Of a stretch of 63,644 bases of DNA, positions 9,294-18,561 are shown piece after piece. Numbering within the stretch: position 1 is the stretch's first letter; the number at the start of each line of letters is the position of its first letter. The notes beneath the pieces were generated by a model. It made no database searches and was not told the origin of the DNA. It was given only the letters and a program-made list of their open reading frames with translations. Position numbers and translations under genes: made by a program. The DNA comes from an uncultured Methanosarcinales archaeon (GTDB lineage Archaea; Nanobdellota; Nanobdellia; Woesearchaeales; GW2011-AR9): the NCBI GenBank assembly GCA_964576385.1, contig CAZNUS010000001.1, forward strand, positions 30,668 through 94,311. The letters run 5' to 3'.

Positions 9294-10979
9294 TTAATTT
9301 CCTCTCGTATATTTTTCAAAAACCAATGTCCATAGCTCTTCCAAATCTAACTCTAAACCGACAACTGGTACAGAAAGTTTCCAATTGGTGATCACTTGCG
9401 GATGTAATTCTCCGATAATCCCTACTTCTTTTTGTCCTCTTGTGTTTCCCTTAACTACGATTCTGCCAACTCTTCCTGGGATGTAACTTTTATGCTCTGT
9501 TTCCACAACGCTATAATTCAAGTTAAGAGAACACATCAGCGCATCTAGTACTTGTTTAATTTCAGTAAAATCAGCAGTTTCATGGGACAATGTTACTGCC
9601 AAATGCTCTGATTCTTTTATGTTCGTGTCATAATTTCCAGAGCTATCTTGATGAAATACTTTTCCTATTTCAAACACATTCTGTGGATATTCATTATGCT
9701 GATTTTCTTTTAAGGTCTTCATTAGGCTGGCTAATAAGCTGTTTCTCAAATGATTATAATCGCCTAAAGAATTTTTTAGTTTAATTAATGGTGAAGAAAG
9801 GCCCATATTTTTATTTAATTCTTGTTCAGTTATTAGATGGTAATTTTTTGCTTCCACCAATTCCATGCCTATCAAGACTTCCCTTAGTTTACGAGCAAAC
9901 TTTTCTAAGAGGTCTTCTTCTCCAATAGTAGCCACATTTGGTATTTCTTCAGTAAAATTCTCATATCCGTAAGCGATAGCGATATCTTCCATAAGATCAA
10001 CCTGATGCAAAATATCTGCCCTATATGCTGGAATGAAGACTTCTCCTTTATCATATCCATACCCCATTTTAGCTAATAATTCTATTGCCGATAATTCTTT
10101 CAGTTGTAGCCCTAATCTTTTATTGATATACGTCAAGTCCAGTTTCATTCGGTGAGGTGTTAAGTTGGGCGTGGTAATAGTCTTGTCTGGATATTCTATA
10201 TCTAAGCTGTAAATCTGTCCGCCCATATCAGCAAATAAGGTGACAAACATATGTAGCGCTGATTGAACATTTAAAAAATCATTCCCAGTGCACTCGATGA
10301 ATACTTCAGTAGTATCAAGATCAACTTTTCCAGTATCATTAGAGTTAGTGTAAGGAAGCATGCACATAACATTCTCTTTACTATCGATAAAAAAAGGATA
10401 TTCTTTCCACCCGATTGTCAAGTGCTTATACTTTTGCCCGGTTGGATGTAATTCTTCTACTTGGCTGGCTTTTATCTGGTGATTAAATCCCAATGGCTGA
10501 AACATCACCGTATTGGGGTTTTTAGCAATGTAGCGCACGGGAAAGTTGATGCTTTTTAGAGGATAGATTCCGTAAGCAGATTTTTTTCTGTTTCTTCCAT
10601 GAGTAGTAGCTAATTTTTCCTGAGCCTGCATAATTCCCCGTATTTTTTCATCGGTAAATTGTATATTTTTTACAATTGCGCAGGCGGTATATGGCCGCAT
10701 CGTTACTGATTTGTCTACGATCACTTTAAAGCCTGATTTTTTGATAGGATATTCTCTTAAGCCAGTTTTTACTCCTATAAATGAAGAGAATGCTCTGGCA
10801 AAACCTTGTTCAGAAAGCATATCTGGGCGGTTAGGAAACACTTCTACAACTATTTCATTTCCTTCAACCTTCTCCAAGTCTGTTCCTAACATGCTGATAC
10901 GGTCCTTCAGCTCGTCTAGAGGCAGTTTCTTTCCTACAAGTGTTTCAAACACTTCTTTGTTTAAGGTTACGGTTGGCAT
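9294..10979 (-). CDS. pheT: phenylalanine--tRNA ligase beta subunit (archaeal type)
   Basis: The N-terminus MPTVTLNKEVFETLVGKKLPLDELKDRISMLGTDLE and the ~560-aa length are typical of archaeal PheT. It lies adjacent to pheS. Confidence 0.88.
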   Translation of the reverse strand: MPTVTLNKEVFETLVGKKLPLDELKDRISMLGTDLEKVEGNEIVVEVFPNRPDMLSEQGFARAFSSFIGVKTGLREYPIKKSGFKVIVDKSVTMRPYTACAIVKNIQFTDEKIRGIMQAQEKLATTHGRNRKKSAYGIYPLKSINFPVRYIAKNPNTVMFQPLGFNHQIKASQVEELHPTGQKYKHLTIGWKEYPFFIDSKENVMCMLPYTNSNDTGKVDLDTTEVFIECTGNDFLNVQSALHMFVTLFADMGGQIYSLDIEYPDKTITTPNLTPHRMKLDLTYINKRLGLQLKELSAIELLAKMGYGYDKGEVFIPAYRADILHQVDLMEDIAIAYGYENFTEEIPNVATIGEEDLLEKFARKLREVLIGMELVEAKNYHLITEQELNKNMGLSSPLIKLKNSLGDYNHLRNSLLASLMKTLKENQHNEYPQNVFEIGKVFHQDSSGNYDTNIKESEHLAVTLSHETADFTEIKQVLDALMCSLNLNYSVVETEHKSYIPGRVGRIVVKGNTRGQKEVGIIGELHPQVITNWKLSVPVVGLELDLEELWTLVFEKYTRGN

Positions 10980-11009
10980 AACTATTCTTTGGTAGTTTTA
11001 TTCTTTGAT

Positions 11010-11153
11010 AGTAGCGAACATTCATTTTATTCTAATAATTTATCGCTACTATACTCTAAAATAACCGACAGTTATTTTAGGTACAAAAATGAATAGTTTT
11101 TCATTTTTTGTATATAAAAAACATAACTATTTAGATTATTAGTTATGTTTTTT
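11010..11153. repeat. cluster of four palindromic modules (family E, copy 2)
   Basis: Four hairpins are present: AGTAGCGA...TCGCTACT (11010-11050), CTAAAATAAC-CGACA-GTTATTTTAG (11056-11080), GTACAAAAATGAA-TAGTTT-TTCATTTTTTGTAT (11081-11113) and AAAAAACATAACT...AGTTATGTTTTTT (11116-11153). The last two match 2462-2514 over about 50 nt. Confidence 0.85.
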
Positions 11154-11586
11154 AGTAGATCATCTTTTCTTCGATATTTTTGAGGTTATTATTTATAATA
11201 ATTGGCTGCATTCCATCAACTTCTTCTTGAAGGTCAGATTGAGGAATTCCATTGAGGAGATAAATCCGCTTATTCCTGGAAAAAGCATACCCCATTTCCA
11301 AAAAGGTATTTGGTCCAATATAATTCTTTTTCTTGTTTTTATCATAATTCAATATTAAGATAGCTTCGGCTTGATCAATCTTGTTAAAATGCATCTTCAT
11401 ACGTTCTGCTTTTATCTTTGAAAAACGGACAGGATCTTTTTCTTTGATATCATTCCAGTACTGCTTGTCCCAGCCGTGGGCAGCAGAATCTGGCAAGAGA
11501 ACAGTGTGTCCTTCTTTTTGCAGGTGTGCTGCTACTTCATTCATTTGTTGTATGAATTCCAGGCTTCCACAGAGTGTAATAATCAT
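11152..11586 (-). CDS. nucleoside 2-deoxyribosyltransferase-like protein
   Basis: Small Rossmann-like protein. It starts MIITLCGS and has GPNTFLEMGYAFSRNKRIY, which resembles the D-x-G-T-x-x-E-x-G-Y-A catalytic Glu loop of PF05014-type proteins. Confidence 0.45.
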   Translation of the reverse strand: MIITLCGSLEFIQQMNEVAAHLQKEGHTVLLPDSAAHGWDKQYWNDIKEKDPVRFSKIKAERMKMHFNKIDQAEAILILNYDKNKKKNYIGPNTFLEMGYAFSRNKRIYLLNGIPQSDLQEEVDGMQPIIINNNLKNIEEKMIY

Positions 11587-11622
11587 AGTTTTTTATTGAC
11601 CGCTTGCGATGATTGGAATTTT

Positions 11623-13170
11623 TTATTTAAGGAATAATTTCATCTCCTTTATTTGTTTTAAATCATTTTTGTATAAATCACGGATATCTGAAATATTCCA
11701 ATATTCGCTGATGATCCTTCCCATGCCTTGTCCCCATGCTAATACTGGGCAGTCAAATCCCAGCAAGGGAGTGGTTACTTCCGGCCTAAAAATTCCTGCC
11801 CCGCCTAGTTCTATCCATTGCTTCCTGATCGGATGAAATACTTCTATTTCCATCGATGGTTCGCAATAGGGAAAATGGGCAGGCCTCATCCTTACTTTTT
11901 CATAACCCATTTTCTTATAGAACTGAGTTAAGTACCCTTTTAAGTGTTTTAAGTTAGCTTGCGGATCTACGACGATGCCCTCCACTTGATAAAATTCAAA
12001 TAGATGCTTCCAATCCAATGCCTCGTTGCGAAATACTCTTCCTACGGCAAAGAACTTAGCCGGCAAATTTTCTTTCTTAAGCCTAGCCAATGTTTGCGCG
12101 GATAATACCGTCGTGTGGGTGCGCAGTAAGATTTGTTCTGCTTCTTCTTTGCTAAAGGAATATTTCCATCCGGTGCTGCCAGTATTAGCTCCATCTTCGT
12201 GCACTTTCTTAACTGCTTCCCATAATGCCGGTAATTTTGCTTTTCCCGGCAGGTAAAACGTATCCTGCATCTCTCGGGCAGGATGATCTTGAGGTACAAA
12301 TAGCGCATCTAAATCCCAAAAAGCGGATTGAACATAATTCCCGCTCATCTCTTTAAAACCCATCTCTAACCAGATACTTTTGATATATTCTAAAGCCTCA
12401 TTATCAAAATGCTTTTTACCTATAGTTCTTTTTGGAACATTTACTTCGATATCATAGGCGCGGAACTCTTTCTCTTTCCAGCTTCCGTCTTTGAGCATTT
12501 TTATGGTTAGCCGATTGATGAATTCTCCGCTTAAATCTAGTGCGGCTAATTGCCTGCCTAAGTCAGTAAGTTCAATTGATATCTTTTTTTCTTCTTCTAG
12601 TTTGACGATCTCCTTCCGGCCTTTTAACTCTTGAAAAGCAAATTTATCCACATCTTCTAAATGATCTGAATCCAAGGGAAAATTCTTCTGCAGGAATTTT
12701 TCTTCCAGGCTTGGTTCATTGAGAAATTTTTTCCCCTGCTCCGTTATCTTTACCATCAAAACCGCATTTTCATTGTTTTCTTTCTGCGTTTCGATAGCTG
12801 CTTTTCTTTTGAGAACTCCTATACAGGCATTGATCTCTTCCCTGCTGAGCTTGGACTTTTTTGAGATAACATTTAATCCTTTAAAATGATCATCCAATGT
12901 CTTCAGAAAAATATTTTCCGGTAATCCTGTTTTTTTGTAGATCATTCCATTTTTATCTAAGAAAATAAGCTTTTTCTTTTCTATCTTTATTTTTAGAAGC
13001 TGTTTATTTTCTAGCCACTGTAATGCGCGCATCACTTCTATCTCTTGAAGTTTAGAGCTGCTGATGATCTTGGGCAATTCTGTTTCCTTTGTTAATACTG
13101 GCAGAACTACTCGTTCTAAAGGATGCAGCTTTACCGCCAAGCTTTTTAGCTCAGGGTTTATAGTAGACAT
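11623..13170 (-). CDS. pheS: phenylalanine--tRNA ligase alpha subunit (archaeal type)
   Basis: The start was refined to the ATG at 13170 (MSTINPELK). The class II core carries HPAREMQDTFY and GAGIFRPEV motifs, with N-terminal winged-helix repeats. Confidence 0.88.
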   Translation of the reverse strand: MSTINPELKSLAVKLHPLERVVLPVLTKETELPKIISSSKLQEIEVMRALQWLENKQLLKIKIEKKKLIFLDKNGMIYKKTGLPENIFLKTLDDHFKGLNVISKKSKLSREEINACIGVLKRKAAIETQKENNENAVLMVKITEQGKKFLNEPSLEEKFLQKNFPLDSDHLEDVDKFAFQELKGRKEIVKLEEEKKISIELTDLGRQLAALDLSGEFINRLTIKMLKDGSWKEKEFRAYDIEVNVPKRTIGKKHFDNEALEYIKSIWLEMGFKEMSGNYVQSAFWDLDALFVPQDHPAREMQDTFYLPGKAKLPALWEAVKKVHEDGANTGSTGWKYSFSKEEAEQILLRTHTTVLSAQTLARLKKENLPAKFFAVGRVFRNEALDWKHLFEFYQVEGIVVDPQANLKHLKGYLTQFYKKMGYEKVRMRPAHFPYCEPSMEIEVFHPIRKQWIELGGAGIFRPEVTTPLLGFDCPVLAWGQGMGRIISEYWNISDIRDLYKNDLKQIKEMKLFLK

Positions 13171-13300
13171 GGTAAAGAAGAATGGTGAATTATTTATAAA
13201 ATTAATGCGGGCAGAAAACAAACTATTTTGAAGAAGTTAATGTTTCACTATATACTAAACATAAAAAACAAGAAAAATGATAAAAAAATAAAAAACTTAC

Positions 13301-14098
13301 CTATTTCAACCCGTCCCAGACATCATTAAACATCGTGTCCATGGAGGAGGTAAAGTAGGGGGTTTTTACCCAGATGCCTAAATCATAGGAAGGATGAACA
13401 TCTTTGTCATCAAGCACCATAAAGACCATATCTTTTCCATCAACAGTCATAAATCTGGATTTAACTTTTTCATTATGCTTGACATCAGCAATTCCTTTTA
13501 ATTCCTGAACAATTTTTTGTCCATCTTTACCTAATGGAGCAGCTATCCTTATTTTTACCCCTTTCTTCTTGGCTTTTTCTAGACTTGCTTTCAATCCTTC
13601 TACTTTTCTTAAGAATCCTTTTTCAGTAGTCATGATGTTTACATTATTCTTCGCTTCTTTTATCAATAAGTCTAAGTGGTTGTATAAATTATGCCTTCCT
13701 CTCAAGCAGCCGCTCAAATCAGTTGGATCTACTAAGGAAATACCTTGGGTATGCAGCGTTTCTAATTCTCCCATCAATGGTGATCCTCTTACACTATCCA
13801 ATCGCTTAACTTTCTCCTGCGCAGTCAGGTGCATGTGTTTTTTTACCCTGTCGACTACTTCTGCTGGCGGAATAGCAATATACTTGATAGGCTTGCCTAG
13901 TTTCATTATTACAAATCCTTTCTTCTCTAAGCTTTCTAGAACATCATAACTTCGAGAGCGTGGAACATCAGCAATATCAGAAAGCTCTCCTGCAGTAGAA
14001 ACTCCTCGGCTTAACAAAGAAGCCCATAGCTTTACTTCGTATAAATTTAAGTCGAAGTAGCGCCTTAATTTACTTAATAAGTCATCTTTTACGATCAT
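13301..14098 (-). CDS. TrmB-family transcriptional regulator
   Basis: N-terminal wHTH LNLYEVKLWASLLSRGVSTAGELSDIADVPRSRSYDVLESLEKKGFV, plus a C-terminal effector-like domain. Confidence 0.8.
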   Translation of the reverse strand: MIVKDDLLSKLRRYFDLNLYEVKLWASLLSRGVSTAGELSDIADVPRSRSYDVLESLEKKGFVIMKLGKPIKYIAIPPAEVVDRVKKHMHLTAQEKVKRLDSVRGSPLMGELETLHTQGISLVDPTDLSGCLRGRHNLYNHLDLLIKEAKNNVNIMTTEKGFLRKVEGLKASLEKAKKKGVKIRIAAPLGKDGQKIVQELKGIADVKHNEKVKSRFMTVDGKDMVFMVLDDKDVHPSYDLGIWVKTPYFTSSMDTMFNDVWDGLK

Positions 14099-14505
14099 TT
14101 TTCACCAATCCCCCTCTTTTAAATTTTTTAATAAACAAAAGTTCATTAAAGCAAAATAACTCAAAATTCACTTCTTAACTGTGCTTAACTTTTGTTACTG
14201 AGATATCAGTAAATCCCACTACTATTAAAAGGTTGTGGTTTTGCAAAATATAGGCTACCTTCTTATTTCCTCTTTTCTTTCCTGAATCTTTTACGATTCT
14301 CCAAGCAGTATGATTATTCAAAATTATTTTTGCACGTTTGCTATCTCAACTTTCATACTGCATGCTAGGGCAGAAATTGTACTTGTGCACTTGATAAATA
14401 TGTAAAGCGGAATAATCTTTGAGGATATCGCTAAATTTTGTTTTGATTTCCATCATTATTTCTCTGGATTGTTCTACCTTATGCGCTGTTAAACTCTCCG
14501 ACCTA

Positions 14506-14604
14506 CGAGTGACCGAAGGGAACGGAGTGGGGAGGACAAGGAGGAACGAAGTGACGACGAAGAGTTATGACGCAAGGACACACGTTCAGGCGAACACAGT
14601 GAGC
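14506..14604. repeat. purine-rich, locally GC-rich segment with a reiterated GAAC-N4-5-AGTGA motif
   Basis: GGGAACGGAGTGG (14518-14530), GGAACGAAGTGAC (14543-14555) and CGAACACAGTGAG (14591-14603) are reiterated. Related TCACGAAC...GTGA hairpins occur at 2531-2556 and 26809-24. Confidence 0.5.
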
Positions 14605-14623
14605 AATTAAAAAACAGTATCAA

Positions 14624-14661
14624 AGACACTCTCATCGTAACACAATCAAAATCGGGGCAGC
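14624..14661. repeat. left arm of the bipartite inverted repeat enclosing pip
   Basis: AGACACTCTCA (14624-14634) and AATCGGGGCAGC (14650-14661) are exact reverse complements of 15738-15748 and 15686-15697. Confidence 0.85.
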
Positions 14662-14723
14662 ATTTTCTTTTTATTATTGTTAAATAGTAACTTATTTAAA
14701 GAAGCTGAGGAATCCAGATATAA

Positions 14724-15686
14724 ATGACACTCAATGAACTTTTTCCAGAAATTGAAACATTTGATGAAGGAAGATTGAAGGTATCAAGTCTTCATGAACT
14801 GTATTATGAGCAGAGTGGTAATCCAGATGGTAAACCAATAGTGTTTCTTCATGGAGGGCCTGGAAGTGGAACAAATCCTAAATATCGTAGATTTTTTGAT
14901 CCTGAGTTTTATAAAATTATTTTATTTGATCAACGAGGAGCTGGGAAAAGTACGCCCCATGCAGATATTAGTGAAAACACAACTCAAGATTTAGTTTTAG
15001 ATATGGATAAATTGCGAGAGCATCTTGGACTTGACGAATGGATGATTTTTGGTGGGAGTTGGGGAAGCACTTTAGCATTATCTTATGCAACTTCTCATAC
15101 TGATAGAGTAAAAGGACTCATTCTTCGCGGTATTTTTCTTTGTAGAGAAAAAGAAATCGCATGGTATTATGAAGAAGGTGGTGCACAAATGGTCTTTCCA
15201 GAAGAATGGGAGAGATATAAAGCACAGATTCCTGGAATTGAACCAGGAAATATGGTTGAAGCATATCATAAATTATTAACAAGTGAAGATGAACGTGTAC
15301 GATTAACTGCTGCATTAGCTTGGAGTAGATGGGAAGCAGCAACATCAAAACTAGAAAATGATGGTAGTTTAACAAGTAAGTTTGAGGATCCACATCTAGC
15401 TTTGTCTTTTGCTCGAATTGAAAATCATTATTTTAGAAATGGAATATTTTTACCATCTGATGATTATTTACTTGGAGAAGTTGCAAAGTTACAAGGAATT
15501 CCAACAAGAATTGTGCAAGGAAGGTATGACATGGTTTGTCCAATTGGAACAGCATGGGAAGTTAAAAAAGCAATGAATTTACTTGATGAAGAATTCCGAG
15601 TTGTAACTGCTGGTCATTCAGCTTTTGAACCGGCAATAAGAAGCGAGTTATTACAAGCGACACAAGACTTCAAGCAATACTTCTAG
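14724..15686 (+). CDS. pip: proline iminopeptidase (prolyl aminopeptidase, S33 alpha/beta hydrolase)
   Basis: HGGPGSG, the nucleophile elbow GGSWGSTLAL, and an overall N-terminus LYYEQSGNPDGKPIVFLHGGPG typical of bacterial Pip. Confidence 0.85.
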   Translation: MTLNELFPEIETFDEGRLKVSSLHELYYEQSGNPDGKPIVFLHGGPGSGTNPKYRRFFDPEFYKIILFDQRGAGKSTPHADISENTTQDLVLDMDKLREHLGLDEWMIFGGSWGSTLALSYATSHTDRVKGLILRGIFLCREKEIAWYYEEGGAQMVFPEEWERYKAQIPGIEPGNMVEAYHKLLTSEDERVRLTAALAWSRWEAATSKLENDGSLTSKFEDPHLALSFARIENHYFRNGIFLPSDDYLLGEVAKLQGIPTRIVQGRYDMVCPIGTAWEVKKAMNLLDEEFRVVTAGHSAFEPAIRSELLQATQDFKQYF

Positions 15687-15748
15687 CTGCCCCGATTCTT
15701 TCTCTTTAATTTTACAAATGCCTAAACATCTTCAAGGTGAGAGTGTCT
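15686..15748. repeat. right arm of the bipartite inverted repeat enclosing pip
   Basis: GCTGCCCCGATT starts at the last base of the pip stop codon. TGAGAGTGTCT lies 40 nt further on. Confidence 0.85.
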
Positions 15749-15787
15749 CTTTACAAAAACTAAGTGTATCCTGAGTAATAATTGAGT

Positions 15788-16891
15788 TTACCACTTCTTA
15801 AACCTTAACAAAGCTCCAATTCCGCCTAATCCGTCCAGTTTTCTCCCAGCTTCATTCTCTGAAGATAAGATATGCACTTCTCCTTTAGCATCGTCAACTT
15901 TTTTCATCAGCTGATCAAGCTCCATAAATCCTGAACTATCTGCTAGCTTATCTTCAACTCGTTTCTCTCTTATTTTTTTATCACTAGCTGTTTTTCTTTT
16001 TCTGATAAATTCTTCAGTAAGAATTAATTTTTCTACTGCTCCTTGCTCAACAGCTGAGATTACTTCTTTCCAGCCATAGGCAGCCAATCCTTCAGTATTA
16101 ATCTCTTTCAGCAGTTCATCGATCAGTACTTTTTCTTCCCTGGCGCGGGAATGCTCTAACACTTTTCTTAATTCTGGGCTTTTGATGACTTCATCCAATG
16201 AAGCTTCAACAACATCTGAACAAGTAGCTAAAGCAATTTTCTGTTTCAGTTCCTTATTGCTTATTTTTTTATACAGTTCTTCTTTATAGAATGCTGGCGA
16301 AGCTAAAATAACCTGTTCGGGATGATAGCGGTTAAAATACGATTCTAAGATACCAAAAATCTCTAAATAGAAATCATTTTTTACTTCATTAGCCTGCGCT
16401 TTTTTCGGAACGTCTCCTTTTAGCTTGGTAAGAATCTCATAGCCAGATTTTTTAGTAAGAGCAAATAAGGCTTCTTCTCTATCTAGAAGACAGATGAGGT
16501 AAGAGTATTTCTTTTGTGCTGCTTCCACTAATTTTTGTTTCTGATAAGACATCCATTGCTTTTTTTCTAAACTAAATTCTGAATCTAATTCCAAGGAAAT
16601 GGATTGATGACTGCCGGCGGGAGCAAATTCCGGCCCCTCCCTAATAGTTCCGTTTATCCTTAGTGAATTCGTTTCCGGCTCTAGATCTACAGTCTCAGCT
16701 TCAATGGTTACGATAAAATATTTTTTTGCTGTTTTGGCGTTTTCACCATCTCCTATCTTAATTTTACGGGAAGTTTTAGCGGTAACTATGTCTTTAGCAT
16801 CAATAAGATGGCTAAGATACCATAAGTCTTCGCTGTCGGTGACTCTTAGCCGTACAATTCCTTTGCGGAAATCCTGATTGATTATTTGCAT
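15788..16891 (-). CDS. pelA: Pelota (mRNA surveillance / ribosome rescue factor)
   Basis: The start was refined to the ATG at 16891 (MQIINQDFRKGIVRLRVTDSEDLWYLSHLI). The eRF1-like three-domain length fits. Confidence 0.85.
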   Translation of the reverse strand: MQIINQDFRKGIVRLRVTDSEDLWYLSHLIDAKDIVTAKTSRKIKIGDGENAKTAKKYFIVTIEAETVDLEPETNSLRINGTIREGPEFAPAGSHQSISLELDSEFSLEKKQWMSYQKQKLVEAAQKKYSYLICLLDREEALFALTKKSGYEILTKLKGDVPKKAQANEVKNDFYLEIFGILESYFNRYHPEQVILASPAFYKEELYKKISNKELKQKIALATCSDVVEASLDEVIKSPELRKVLEHSRAREEKVLIDELLKEINTEGLAAYGWKEVISAVEQGAVEKLILTEEFIRKRKTASDKKIREKRVEDKLADSSGFMELDQLMKKVDDAKGEVHILSSENEAGRKLDGLGGIGALLRFKKW

Positions 16892-17054
16892 ATTGGGACC
16901 ATGAAGAAACACAGATATAAAAATGTTTATATATAGGAAAATTATTTGACTGCATTAAGTCTTACAAACTATCTTACAAACTATTAATCTGCTTAATGAT
17001 ATAAGCTCATAAGATAAACATAAACTAATATAGACGCATAAAAAGGAAACAGAT

Positions 17055-18257
17055 ATGAAAAAAGCACAAGCAGCCGGAGCTGCAGTCTTAGTTGCAGTTA
17101 TTGGTATGATGATCATTGGTTTTATAGTTATGGTTAACCCTGAGGAGCGGGCTAACATTCTAGATGAAACAGATACTGAGACAGGCGCAGCCGGAACAGA
17201 TTCTGATGAAGAAGGTCAGCTGGAAGAAGCGCGTTCTTTAGTTAATCTCTTAAAAGAAAACCCTGGGCGTATTGATTATCTGACTCACGGAGAAATTGAA
17301 CATCCTCTTCCGGTAGTTAATATATTTACTAAAACCGAAAGCGAGGTTATCGCTGAGAAAAAAAGCATCTATGCTAAGAAAAGTTCTTTTTCTGAAGAGC
17401 AGGACAGTTTTAAGTTTACTATTGATGATTTAGGGCATACTGAGAATTTATTGTTGGCTTTCCAAGTAAAGGGAGCTAAAGGAAGGGTTTTGATCAGCTT
17501 AAATGGTGAGAGTATCTATAATGGAGAACTAGAATTAGGAAATCCTGCACCGCTTACTTTACCTAAAAATTTTCTAAAAGATGAAAACACTTTACTGTTT
17601 AGTTTATCCTCACCAGGAATATTTTTTTGGTCCACTAACCTTATTGTTATAGAAAATCTAAAGATAGTTGCTGATGTTACTGATTTAGAAGCGCAAAGGT
17701 CAAAATATCTCTTTTTAGTTTCGGAAACAGAGAAAAGCAATCTTGAAAAAGTTGTCTTAAAATTTCAGCCAGACTGCTTGTATGATGAAGTAGGTCCATT
17801 AAGGATTACGGTGAATGGCAATGAGCTTTATCGAGGCATCCCTGATTGTGATTTAGCTTTTGTTCCTATTGAATTCTCTCCAGAACTAGTTAAGAAAGGT
17901 GAAAATGAGATAGAATTTTATACGGAGCGAGGAGCATACTTGTTATCCCATGTCTTAATTAATTCTGAGCTGAAGGAACTAGACTTTCCTACATATTATT
18001 TTGATTTATCCCATGAGCAGTTTAACAATCTTGCTAATGGTAAAGAACACTTAAGGTTAAAGATGGAATTTGTGGATGTAACCTCTAGCAAGTTTGGAGA
18101 GATAGTTTTTAACGGCTTCCAGAATCACTTTGATACTAAAGAAGTAAGCTTGGCTTTAGACCTAAGCAAGGATGCAGTAAAAGGAACAAATTCTTTAAAG
18201 ATTAAGCCTAAGAAGACTATTGAGGTTAGAGAATTAAAGGTTGATTTGGTAAGATAG
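17055..18257 (+). CDS. secreted or membrane-anchored protein with three internal beta-rich repeats; candidate class III (type IV pilin-like) signal peptide
   Basis: MKKAQAAGAAVLVAVIGMMIIGFIVMV fits the [KR][GA][Q..][A..] plus hydrophobic-stretch pattern. There are three repeats of I-x-x-NG-x-x-x-Y/F...G-x-N-x-L/I-x-F. Confidence 0.45.
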   Translation: MKKAQAAGAAVLVAVIGMMIIGFIVMVNPEERANILDETDTETGAAGTDSDEEGQLEEARSLVNLLKENPGRIDYLTHGEIEHPLPVVNIFTKTESEVIAEKKSIYAKKSSFSEEQDSFKFTIDDLGHTENLLLAFQVKGAKGRVLISLNGESIYNGELELGNPAPLTLPKNFLKDENTLLFSLSSPGIFFWSTNLIVIENLKIVADVTDLEAQRSKYLFLVSETEKSNLEKVVLKFQPDCLYDEVGPLRITVNGNELYRGIPDCDLAFVPIEFSPELVKKGENEIEFYTERGAYLLSHVLINSELKELDFPTYYFDLSHEQFNNLANGKEHLRLKMEFVDVTSSKFGEIVFNGFQNHFDTKEVSLALDLSKDAVKGTNSLKIKPKKTIEVRELKVDLVR

Positions 18258-18354
18258 TTTTTTTATGATCTCTCTAATTTTACTTCATTTTTTACTTTGA
18301 TAATTTTTTTTGCTAGAACAAAACTAGTTGAGGAAATAAAGAATGAGGAGGGAT

Positions 18355-18499
18355 GTACTTATTTAGTTAGATGGCCAAGAGGTCAATTCTGCTAAGCTAT
18401 AGTGACAGGCACAGATGTGAAAATCTTCGAAATCACTACTATTTCTGATAAGAATTACTTCGAATTTTCACCAGAATTGACGGCCAACTAAATACGTAC
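18355..18499. repeat. MITE-like palindromic element, family B copy 1 (145 bp)
   Basis: Termini are GTACTTATTTAGTTAGATGGCC ... GGCCAACTAAATACGTAC. Internal arms pair (GTCAATTCTG/CAGAATTGAC and GTGAAAAT/ATTTTCAC). Confidence 0.85.
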
Positions 18500-18561
18500 G
18501 GGAGGATAAAATGACTAAGTTAAAGAAAATTTTTAAATTGTCATTTAAATTTCACCAAAGC

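Noticed and set aside
14419-14610. A 63-aa ORF upstream of pip
   Set aside because: It runs through the purine-rich tract, has a TTG/alternative-type start, and has no RBS or recognisable protein features. I treated it as non-coding or a possible relic.
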